Below are positions 1 to 10,356 of a DNA stretch of 64,000 nt, one piece after another. The stretch's first letter is position 1. Every line of letters starts with the position of its first letter. Source of the stretch: an uncultured bacterium (GTDB taxonomy: Bacteria; Verrucomicrobiota; Lentisphaeria; Victivallales; UBA1829); the NCBI GenBank assembly GCA_902778895.1, contig CACYZF010000003.1, positions 162,410-226,409 on the forward strand, in the 5' to 3' direction. The position numbers and the translations under genes are program-made. The notes below the pieces were generated by a model. The model saw nothing but the letters and a program-made list of their open reading frames with translations, did no database searches and was not told the origin of the DNA.

Positions 1-2293
<2,293 letters not shown>

Positions 2294-2347
2294 TGTAATC
2301 TCTCCGTGTTTTATCGTTGGCAGATTCTCAAAAAACCAAATTGAAAT

Positions 2348-2375
2348 AATATGCCATAAAATCGCAGGATTTCAA
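2348..2375 (-). promoter_or_regulatory. Putative sigma70-type promoter of carB
   Basis: TTGAAA-N16-CATATT on the minus strand upstream of the carB start. Confidence 0.45.
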
Positions 2376-2394
2376 GCAAAAGAAACGTTTTTTC

Positions 2395-2430
2395 ATAAAA
2401 AAAAGGCGGTCTCCGCAGAGGGAGACCGCC
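2395..2430 (-). terminator. Intrinsic terminator after the GH10 gene
   Basis: Perfect 10-bp stem GGCGGTCTCC/GGAGACCGCC followed by a T-run on the minus strand. Confidence 0.8.
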
Positions 2431-2463
2431 GATGACTTGCGTCGGAAAAAAGGTCCGGGAAGA

Positions 2464-3606
2464 TTACTTCTTGAGAGCCTTCTGGCCTTTCTTCATGGAT
2501 TCGAGCACGGAGTAGTAGCAGGGCTTCGGATCGAGGTTGTTGTCGAAGAGAAGCGGCTGACCGCCGCGGAGCCAGGACCAGCCGTCGCCGATACCCCAGA
2601 GGGTGACCGCGTAGATATCATCATGATACTTGGCGAAGAGGTCGAAGAGGTCGGCATAGCGTTTCGCGAGGGCGTCGGCGGAGCTGTCGGCGTTGCCCTG
2701 GACGCTGTCGTCGCGTTCGAGGCCGCGTCCGCTGTTGCGGAAACCGTTGCGGGTGTTGACGTCCATCTCGGAGATGATAATCTTGCAGCCGGTTCCGGCA
2801 TAGGCCTTGAACGCGGCTTCGATGGTCTCGATGGACGGATCGTCGTTGCTCTGCCAGTGGGCCTGCATGCCGATGGCGTCGATTCTGACGCCCTTGGCCT
2901 TGAAGTCGTTGACCATCTTCACGACGGCCTGGACCTTGCCGGGCTTGTACATATTGAAATCATTATAGACCAGGAGGACTTTTTCCTCACCGAGTTCCTT
3001 GGCGACCTTGTCGGCAATGCGGAACGCCTGTTCCATGTAGTCATCGCCGATGGCAGCGCGCCAGTTGCCGCCGAAGCCGCCCGCCGCACGGACTCTGCCG
3101 TCATCTTCGAAGCACTCGTTGCAGACGTCCCAGCTGTCGATTTTGCCTTTCCAGTGCGTCATGAGGGCGCGGATGTGGTTTTCGAGGCGCTGGAGGACGA
3201 CGTCGCGGAGCGGACGGCCGTCATTGGGGTTCTGGAAGACCCACTGCGGGGTCTGGCTGTGCCACATGAACGTGTGGCCGTGGACCTTCATGCCGTACTT
3301 CTGGGCGAATTCGACGAGGGTGTCGCCCGCACGGAAGTTGAACTGGCCTTCCTGGGGTTCCGTGGCGTCGAACTTCATCTCGTTTTCGCAGGTCAGACGG
3401 TTGAAGTCCTGCGCGAGGATGTCGGAGGCGATGAGATCGCTGAACGCACGGGTCGGAGCCGCGTTGCCGATCAGGAAGAGACCTTCGGCAGCGTCGCGGA
3501 GACGGGTGGGTTCATCGGCGGCCTGCGCATGGAATGCGACTGCGGAGAGGCAGACGCCCGCCACGATGGCGGAGACGGATTTCAGAGAGATGGACATTTT
3601 TGTCAT
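2464..3606 (-). CDS. Secreted GH10 endo-1,4-beta-xylanase
   Basis: Signal peptide ending AFHAQA; GH10 motifs CENEMK, HGHTFMWHSQTP, WDVCNE (acid/base), YNDFN, IGMQAH, IIISEMDV (nucleophile). Confidence 0.93.
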   Translation of the reverse strand: MTKMSISLKSVSAIVAGVCLSAVAFHAQAADEPTRLRDAAEGLFLIGNAAPTRAFSDLIASDILAQDFNRLTCENEMKFDATEPQEGQFNFRAGDTLVEFAQKYGMKVHGHTFMWHSQTPQWVFQNPNDGRPLRDVVLQRLENHIRALMTHWKGKIDSWDVCNECFEDDGRVRAAGGFGGNWRAAIGDDYMEQAFRIADKVAKELGEEKVLLVYNDFNMYKPGKVQAVVKMVNDFKAKGVRIDAIGMQAHWQSNDDPSIETIEAAFKAYAGTGCKIIISEMDVNTRNGFRNSGRGLERDDSVQGNADSSADALAKRYADLFDLFAKYHDDIYAVTLWGIGDGWSWLRGGQPLLFDNNLDPKPCYYSVLESMKKGQKALKK

Positions 3607-3640
3607 CCTTTTGTTAATGTTTTATTGTAAAGAGCAGGAA

Positions 3641-5518
3641 TTATTTGAACTGATACCAGTCGAGCAGCGCGGTGCTTTCCACCGGCTTGGGACCGGCAGG
3701 CTGCTGTTGCTGCTGGCCGGGACGCTGGCCGCCGCCGAAACCGCCCTGCGGGGGCTGACCGCCGCCGAAACCGCCGAAACCGCCGAAGCCGCCCTGCGGA
3801 GGCTGACCGCCGCCGAAACCGCCCTGGCCGCCCTGCGGACGCTGACCGCCCTGACCCTGGCCGCCCTGACCCTGACGACGCGGACGCTGGCCCTGACCGC
3901 CCTGGCCCTGACCGGCGGGACGCTGGCCGCCGAAGCCGCCCTGGCCCATGCCCTGCGGGGGCTGGCCGCCGCCGAAGCCGCCGCCGAAGCCGCCCTGGCC
4001 CATGCCCTGCGGGGGCTGGCCACCGCCGAAACCACCGCCGAAGCCCTGGCCGCCAGCGGCCGCCACGGTGACGACATCGGAGCTGTCAAAGAGAGCCGCC
4101 GTCGCGGGCGCGCCCTGAACTTTGAACACGAAATAGAGATAATCGAACACGCCGTCGACGGCCTTGTCGAGCTTGAAGTTGAGTTCTTTCCATTCACCGT
4201 TGGTGTTCGGGAGCTTCACGGTGGCGAGCAGGTCGCCGTCGGCCGCGCCCTTGCGGATTTCGATGGAGGTGTTGTCGTCCTTGGCGCTGTACTTGAGCGT
4301 GCCGCCGGTCGGCTTCTTGGAGAAGTCAACGCCGGAAACGCGGATCCAGCTGTTGTTCTGCATGGAGGCGAGGACGGTTTCCTTGTTGGGGCCCATCGTG
4401 CTCTTCAGGCCGGGCATCTGTTCGGCTTTCGCTTCTTCCTCGGTGAGGATCTTGCCGGACTTGTTCATGGTGACGAAGCGACACTTCTGCATCGGGTCGA
4501 AGTTCTTGAGCTGCTTCGGGCCGTGTTCGGTCTCAACGACCTTCTTGATGGTGCCGTCTTCGTTGTAGAACATCTCGTCGAGGTTCACGCAGCGGGAATC
4601 GCTCTTGTTGCGGAGGTTGCTGGCGATGGCGAGCTTGCGGTCATGATAGGCGATGTACCAGTGGCCTTTGTACTCGATGATGGAAGCGTGGTTGTTGTTG
4701 CCGAGGTTCTGCTTCGGGTTGTCGAGGATGGTGCCCTTGTATTCGAACGGACCGGTCGGAGAGTCGCTGACCAGATAGTCGATGTTCGCGGTGGGGCTGA
4801 ACTGCGTGCTGTAGGAGAAGTAGTATTTGCCTTTGTACTTGTGCATGTAGGAGGCTTCGAAGAACTTCGGCACGTTCAGGTGAATGGCTTCCGGATGGAG
4901 GCTGATCATGTCCTTGTTGAGTTCGATGATGCGGGCCTGATCGTTGCCGTTGCCGCCGTAGTACACGAACGCGCGACCGTCGTCATCGACGAATCCGGCG
5001 GGGTCGAAGAGCCAGCGGGAAGCGTAGTTGGAGACGTTGCCGGCGATGAGGGTCTTTCCGAGCGGATCCTTGTAGGGGCCTTCGGGCTTGTCCGCCACGG
5101 CCACGCCGATGGAAGAGCCGCCGTCCGGGAAGTAGAGGTAGACTTTGCCGTCGCGGATCGCGGTGCCGGGAGCGTAGCAGTGTCCGGCCCACGGAGCAAC
5201 GGTCTGGTCCTCGCCGTACGGACCTTTGCCGCGGCCGTAACCGAAGTCATGGTTTCTGCCGACGGAGAACACGAAACCGTGGTCGGTCCAGTTCTGGAGG
5301 TCGTCGGTGGAGACCAGTTCGTAGTCGAAGAGGTCGTAGCCGCGCTGGTTGGCGATGTCATGGCTGCAGATGATGTAGATGCGGTCGTTGAACACGAAGG
5401 CGTTCGGGTCGGCCGTGTACACGTGACTGATGACGGGCTGGTCGGCTTTCACGACGCCGGCGGCGCACACGAGCGTGCAGACAGCCGCGAACATCGCTTT
5501 CAGAGTTTTGTGGGACAT
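3641..5518 (-). CDS. Secreted GH43 (arabinofuranosidase/xylosidase type) with CBM6 carrying a Gly/Gln/Phe-rich insert
   Basis: Signal peptide; GH43 catalytic motifs HVYTADP, LFDPAGF, FFEASYM, NNHASI; CBM6-like region (VDFSK...IEIRKGAADGDLLATV...LYFVFK...LDWYQF). Confidence 0.9.
   Translation of the reverse strand: MSHKTLKAMFAAVCTLVCAAGVVKADQPVISHVYTADPNAFVFNDRIYIICSHDIANQRGYDLFDYELVSTDDLQNWTDHGFVFSVGRNHDFGYGRGKGPYGEDQTVAPWAGHCYAPGTAIRDGKVYLYFPDGGSSIGVAVADKPEGPYKDPLGKTLIAGNVSNYASRWLFDPAGFVDDDGRAFVYYGGNGNDQARIIELNKDMISLHPEAIHLNVPKFFEASYMHKYKGKYYFSYSTQFSPTANIDYLVSDSPTGPFEYKGTILDNPKQNLGNNNHASIIEYKGHWYIAYHDRKLAIASNLRNKSDSRCVNLDEMFYNEDGTIKKVVETEHGPKQLKNFDPMQKCRFVTMNKSGKILTEEEAKAEQMPGLKSTMGPNKETVLASMQNNSWIRVSGVDFSKKPTGGTLKYSAKDDNTSIEIRKGAADGDLLATVKLPNTNGEWKELNFKLDKAVDGVFDYLYFVFKVQGAPATAALFDSSDVVTVAAAGGQGFGGGFGGGQPPQGMGQGGFGGGFGGGQPPQGMGQGGFGGQRPAGQGQGGQGQRPRRQGQGGQGQGGQRPQGGQGGFGGGQPPQGGFGGFGGFGGGQPPQGGFGGGQRPGQQQQQPAGPKPVESTALLDWYQFK
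3690..4065 (-). repeat. Low-complexity coding repeat (GGFGGGQPPQG units)
   Basis: GGGQPPQG occurs 4 times and FG 10 times in the translation; near-identical DNA repeat units are visible at about 3925-4020. Confidence 0.9.
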
Positions 5519-5975
5519 AGTTTGACTCCTTGCAATTTGTTAGCCGGACACAGTTACGGATATCCGGCGGATGATTGACAAATTCGTATCGGTTTTGAGC
5601 TCAAAAGAGCGGAAAGTCCGCTTCTTTTCAAGCTACTATACAAGCTCGTTTCGTTTTTTCAAGCCCAAAATCCGCCTAAATATGATTTTTTTCCGAAAAA
5701 ATAATATACTTTCTGATACTTTTTCCCGAAAAGATGATCAATCCTGTTCAAAAAACGGGACAGGGAGAGTGTCATAATCGTGACACAGGACGGATCGCAG
5801 GGGCATAATTGGGCGCTCCGAAAAAGAAATCGGAGCGTCATACAACTTTTCCGGGCAGGAAAACATGAACCGGTATCCGCCGGAAAAAGATTCGCCAGTT
5901 GCATTTTTCTCCGGGCGATGTATAGTAAACCTGACAACACCGCCGTCAACGCCATTCAAACAAAAGGAGTACGCC

Positions 5976-7472
5976 ATGAAAGAACTTTGGAATACGCTCG
6001 TCGACCTGCTGACGAAATACGGGATCCTGCGGATCCTGCTCGCGATTCTGGTCCTGTTCGCAGGATGGATCGTCGCCTGGATCCTTCAGAAACTCACCGT
6101 CAAGTGCATGAAACGCTGCCGCATCGGGGAACGCCTCTCCGCGTGCATCTCGGACGAGGCGACGGCCCCGGTCGTCCGCGCGGAAAGGATCGCCGGGCAG
6201 ATCGTCTTCTGGATCGTCTTCCTGCTGGCAATCGTGCAGTCGCTGAACCTGCTGAGCCTGCATGACGCGGCCTCGCCGCTCCGCGACGTCCTGTCCGACA
6301 TCATCGGGTTCCTGCCGAACATCTTCGCCGCGGCGATCCTCGGACTGATCGCCTGGGGCGTTGCGGCGGCGGTCCGCTACGGGGCGCTGATCCTGATGCA
6401 CGTGCTGCGTTTGGACGAGAAGATCGAAGGCGCGGTCGACACGGGCGGACGCGAATGCAACCTGAGCTTCACGATCGCGACGACGATCTTCTGGCTGATC
6501 ATTCTGGCGTTCGTCCCGGCGATCCTCGGCGCTCTGCGGATCACGGGCCTGGCACGTCCGTTCGAGGCGATGACCGCGGACGTGCTGCGGTATCTGCCGC
6601 GCATCTTCGCCGCCGTGCTGATCGCCGCCGCCGGGCTCTTCCTCGCCACGGTTTTGCGGAAGCTCGTGGAACGCATCATCCTGGCGTCCGGCGGACTTGA
6701 CGACGCCGAGGCGGCGGGCGGGAAACTCTTCTCCCGCGACAGCCTCGCGCGCATCTGCGGCGTACTGGTCTTCATCTGCATCGTGATCCCGGTATCGGCG
6801 GCGGCGCTCTCCGCGCTCGGCATCGACTCGCTCACGAATTCCGTCTCGAACCTCTTCACGCGCATGCTGAACTCCGCCGGGAACATCGCGGCGGCCGCCA
6901 TCGTGCTGTTCGTGGCGTTCGCGGTCGGCGCACTCGTCGCCCGGCTCGTGGCACGCCTGCTGGCGGACGCCGGACTGGACCGCCGCATCGGCGAACTCGG
7001 CTGGAAAGCGGAAGGCAACATGAGTCCGTCAGGCGTGGCGGGCAAACTGCTGTTCGCAGGCATTCTGATCTTCGCACTGGTCGCGGCGCTTGAGATCCTC
7101 CAGCTGGAGGAGACCGCCAAGTTCGTGCGTTCTTTCCTGCCGTTCGCCGGACGCCTCGTGCTCGGCGCGATCGTCTTCCTGCTCGGCATGATGCTGGCGA
7201 ACCTCGCCGCGGACTTCGTGAAACGCAACGGCGTGGAGTCGCACGTCTTCCTCTTCGCAGTGCGGATCGCCGTTCTGTTCTTCGCCGGCGTGGCGGCCCT
7301 GACCACGGCCGGGATCGGCGGTTCGGCGGCGCTTCTGGCGTTCGGGATCGTGCTCGGCGCGTTCGCCGTTGCATTCGCCATCGCATTCGGTCTCGGCGGA
7401 CGCAATTTCGCCGAACGCAAGCTGGAGGAATGGGACCGGGAGCACTCCGGCGACAAAAAAGACTCGAAATAA
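5976..7472 (+). CDS. Multi-pass membrane protein with conserved TM-helix repeats (CmpX/MscS-associated type)
   Basis: Five repeats of a (Y/F)LPxIxAAxxIxxxGxxxAxxxxxxV-like hydrophobic unit; C-terminus AIAFGLGGRNFAERKL; start placed at MKELWN after AAGGAG (the track starts at 5865). Confidence 0.75.
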   Translation: MKELWNTLVDLLTKYGILRILLAILVLFAGWIVAWILQKLTVKCMKRCRIGERLSACISDEATAPVVRAERIAGQIVFWIVFLLAIVQSLNLLSLHDAASPLRDVLSDIIGFLPNIFAAAILGLIAWGVAAAVRYGALILMHVLRLDEKIEGAVDTGGRECNLSFTIATTIFWLIILAFVPAILGALRITGLARPFEAMTADVLRYLPRIFAAVLIAAAGLFLATVLRKLVERIILASGGLDDAEAAGGKLFSRDSLARICGVLVFICIVIPVSAAALSALGIDSLTNSVSNLFTRMLNSAGNIAAAAIVLFVAFAVGALVARLVARLLADAGLDRRIGELGWKAEGNMSPSGVAGKLLFAGILIFALVAALEILQLEETAKFVRSFLPFAGRLVLGAIVFLLGMMLANLAADFVKRNGVESHVFLFAVRIAVLFFAGVAALTTAGIGGSAALLAFGIVLGAFAVAFAIAFGLGGRNFAERKLEEWDREHSGDKKDSK

Positions 7473-7511
7473 GAGACGAATCCGCTGCCGCACAAAAAAG
7501 GCACGGATACT

Positions 7512-7549
7512 CGGGAGAGGACTGCCGACGCGGTCCGCTCCCGTTTTTT
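7512..7549 (+). terminator. Intrinsic terminator
   Basis: CGGGAG...CTCCCG stem followed by TTTTTT. Confidence 0.6.
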
Positions 7550-7660
7550 ATCGCCCAAACATACGTTTTTTTTGCCGAAACCGTTTTCATTTTTCGCATG
7601 TGCGGTGTATATTAATGTTTTACAGTTTTTGTACGCCATATCCGCAGAGGACCGCCCGCC

Positions 7661-8656
7661 GTGAACAACACGAACCCGCCGAAAAAGAAGAAATCCGCGC
7701 TCGTCATCAATGCCGAGTACGCGCTCTTCGTGTTCGTGACCTCCCTGGTCCGGATCCTGCCCCTTCATGCGGCGTACGGCGTCCTGAACTTCATCGCCTG
7801 GTCCGTGCGTCATTTCAGCAAACGCCACGGTCCGCGCACGCCGAGGCTGATCCTGCACTCCGGGTTCGTGAAGACGCAGGCTGAGGCGAACAAGCTGGCG
7901 CTGGAAAGCCTGAAGCACTTCGCGAAGGTCTACGTGGAAATGGTGAAGTTCGACCAGATCGTGAACGAGGACAATTTCAGCGAACACATCCGCATCGCGG
8001 ACGACCCGCTGACGCAGGAATTCATGAACCCGGCGACCGCACCGCAGATCATCCTGACGACCGGACATTTCGGCAATTGGGAACTCGCGGGCGGCCTTCA
8101 CAGCTACATCACCAAACAGCGCATGATGAGCATCATGCGTCCGCTGGAGAACCCGAAGATCGGGCGCTACGTGTACGCCCGCCGCTGCCGTTATCTGCAC
8201 CGGAGTTTTTCGAAGGACCTGGGCGTGCGGCCGCTGCTTCAGGCGCACAAGGCCGGGGAGAACGTCACGATCGTGTCCGACCAGCACGCCGTGCCGCCGG
8301 AAGGCGTCGAGGTCAAATTCTTCGGCCACCCCGCCATGGCGCAGAAAACGCCCGCCTGGCTGTACCTCCGCACGCACACGCCCATCGCAATGCCGTACCT
8401 GATCCGCGACGACGACGATTTCCACTTCACGTTCCACTGCGTCAGGATGCCCGACTACAAACCGACGGGCAACATGGAGGCCGACATCCGCGCCGTCGCC
8501 CAGCTCTACACGGACATGATCGAAGAACAGATTCGCCGCTTCCCAACGCAGTGGCTCTGGTCGCACAGACGCTGGCTGGACTGCGAACGCGGCCCGTATC
8601 CGCCGCCCGCACCTCAACAGAAAGAAGCTTCCCATGATGAAACACCCGTTAAGTGA
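7661..8656 (+). CDS. Lipid A/lysophospholipid acyltransferase (LpxL/HtrB family)
   Basis: Motifs ILTTGHFGNWEL, VSDQH, VKFFGHPA, PTQWLWSHRRW; GTG start. Confidence 0.85.
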   Translation: MNNTNPPKKKKSALVINAEYALFVFVTSLVRILPLHAAYGVLNFIAWSVRHFSKRHGPRTPRLILHSGFVKTQAEANKLALESLKHFAKVYVEMVKFDQIVNEDNFSEHIRIADDPLTQEFMNPATAPQIILTTGHFGNWELAGGLHSYITKQRMMSIMRPLENPKIGRYVYARRCRYLHRSFSKDLGVRPLLQAHKAGENVTIVSDQHAVPPEGVEVKFFGHPAMAQKTPAWLYLRTHTPIAMPYLIRDDDDFHFTFHCVRMPDYKPTGNMEADIRAVAQLYTDMIEEQIRRFPTQWLWSHRRWLDCERGPYPPPAPQQKEASHDETPVK

Positions 8657-9353
8657 GTTCAAAAACAACCGGTTGCTCGTCTCGCCGTCGGTCCTCGCCT
8701 GCAATTTCGCCTGCCTCGCCGACGAGCTGAAGGCCGCGGAACAGGCCGAGGCGGACATGATCCATCTGGACATCATGGACGGCCATTTCGTCCCGAACAT
8801 CACGTTCGGCCCCCCGGTCGTGGCCTCCATGCGCAAATACACGTCCCTGCCGTTCGACGTGCACCTGATGCTGGTCCATCCGGAGCAGTACGTCGAACCC
8901 TTCGCGAAGGCGGGCGCCGACCACATCACGTTCCACATCGAGAGCGAATGCGACCCGTCGCCGGTCGTGCGTCAGATACACGAACTCGGCTGCTCCGCCG
9001 GGATCACACTCAAACCGGGCACGCCCGCCTCGGCCATCGAAGCGATCCTGCCGGAAATCGACATGGTGCTGGTGATGTCGGTGGAACCGGGGTTCGGCGG
9101 GCAGAAATTCCAGCCGGAGATGCTGAAGAAGGCGACCGAAATCCACAGGATGATCCGCAGGATCGGCAGCCACGCCCACATCGAGATCGACGGCGGCATC
9201 ACGCGCGACAACGTCTGCGAGGCCGCGGAGGCGGGCGTGAACGTCATCGTCGCCGGGACCGCCGTCTTCCGCGCGCCGGAGGGCATCCGCGCCGCCGTCG
9301 CCGAACTCCATGCGGCACAGAAGGCTCTGCCGAAAGACGCCCCCGGCAAGTAA
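8634..9353 (+). CDS. rpe: Ribulose-phosphate 3-epimerase
   Basis: SPSVL, IHLDIMDGHFVPNITFG, DVHLM, LVMSVEPGFGGQKF, IEIDGGI, VAGTAVF. Confidence 0.97.
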   Translation: MMKHPLSEFKNNRLLVSPSVLACNFACLADELKAAEQAEADMIHLDIMDGHFVPNITFGPPVVASMRKYTSLPFDVHLMLVHPEQYVEPFAKAGADHITFHIESECDPSPVVRQIHELGCSAGITLKPGTPASAIEAILPEIDMVLVMSVEPGFGGQKFQPEMLKKATEIHRMIRRIGSHAHIEIDGGITRDNVCEAAEAGVNVIVAGTAVFRAPEGIRAAVAELHAAQKALPKDAPGK

Positions 9354-9383
9354 GCATTTTCATCCGAAAGAAGGATTTCCCCT

Positions 9384-10274
9384 ATGGACCGTGAACACAA
9401 ACTTTTCCCCGCCAGCTGGCAGAAGCCGGAAGCCGGCGGATTCGCGCGCTGCCTGGTCTGCCCACGCCACTGCCTCATCGCCGAGGGACACACCGGATTC
9501 TGCGGCGTCCGCCTCAACCAGGGCGGCAAGCTCTACTCCATGGCCTACGGCTACCCCTGCGCACTCCAGATCGACCCGATCGAAAAGAAGCCGCTCCGCC
9601 ATTTCCGCCCCGGCACGCAGGCGTTCTCCGTCGGCACCTACGGATGCAACCTCAAATGCGTGTTCTGCCAGAACAACCATCTGTCGCGCGAGAAGTTCCT
9701 GCCGCACGCCGCCTACCGCTACTACACGCCGGAGGACCTGATCGAGCTGATCCGCCGACACGGCAGCGAATGTGTGGCTTTCACGTTCAACGAACCGGCT
9801 GTCTGGGCCGAGTACGTGCGCGACTGCGCGATCCTCGCCCGCCGGGAGAAGATCAGCACGATCCTCGTCTCCAACGGGTATTTCTCCGATGAATGCATGC
9901 AGGACGTCTTCCCTCTCTTCGATGCGGCGAACATCGACGTAAAGGGATTCGGGGATTTCTACCCGACCATGTGCTCCGGCGAGCTTGAGCCCGTGAAACA
10001 CTCCTGCGAGTTCTTCAAGAAAGTCTGCGGCGGCCACCTGGAGCTGACCAACCTCGTGATCCCCGGCAAAAACGATTCGCAGAAGCAGATCAACGATTTT
10101 CTGGACTGGGTCCGCGACGGGCTCGGCATCGATACGCCCGTGCATTTCACCGCGTACCATCCGGCGTACCTGTACCACGACAGTCCGCGCACGCCGCGTT
10201 CGGAGCTGGACAGCATTCAGGCGCACGCGAAGAGCCGCGGATTCCCGAACGTCTACCTCGGGAACATCTGCTGA
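9384..10274 (+). CDS. Radical SAM enzyme, AmmeMemoRadiSam/PflA-like type
   Basis: CLVCPRHC N-terminal motif, DPIEKKPLRHFRPG, radical SAM CNLKCVFC (CxxxCxxC), TFNEP, HFTAYHP. Confidence 0.88.
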   Translation: MDREHKLFPASWQKPEAGGFARCLVCPRHCLIAEGHTGFCGVRLNQGGKLYSMAYGYPCALQIDPIEKKPLRHFRPGTQAFSVGTYGCNLKCVFCQNNHLSREKFLPHAAYRYYTPEDLIELIRRHGSECVAFTFNEPAVWAEYVRDCAILARREKISTILVSNGYFSDECMQDVFPLFDAANIDVKGFGDFYPTMCSGELEPVKHSCEFFKKVCGGHLELTNLVIPGKNDSQKQINDFLDWVRDGLGIDTPVHFTAYHPAYLYHDSPRTPRSELDSIQAHAKSRGFPNVYLGNIC

Positions 10275-10299
10275 GAAGCACGGTTTCTGCTGAAAGAAC

Positions 10300-10335
10300 C
10301 GCCGGACGGCTGAAAGACCAGCTGCCCGGCGTTTT
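10300..10335. terminator. Terminator between the convergent radical SAM and parC genes
   Basis: CGCCGG/CCGGCG outer stem with an inner CGGCTG/CAGCTG stem, followed by TTTT. Confidence 0.6.
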
Positions 10336-10356
10336 CATTTCGATTGAGGAGGATGC

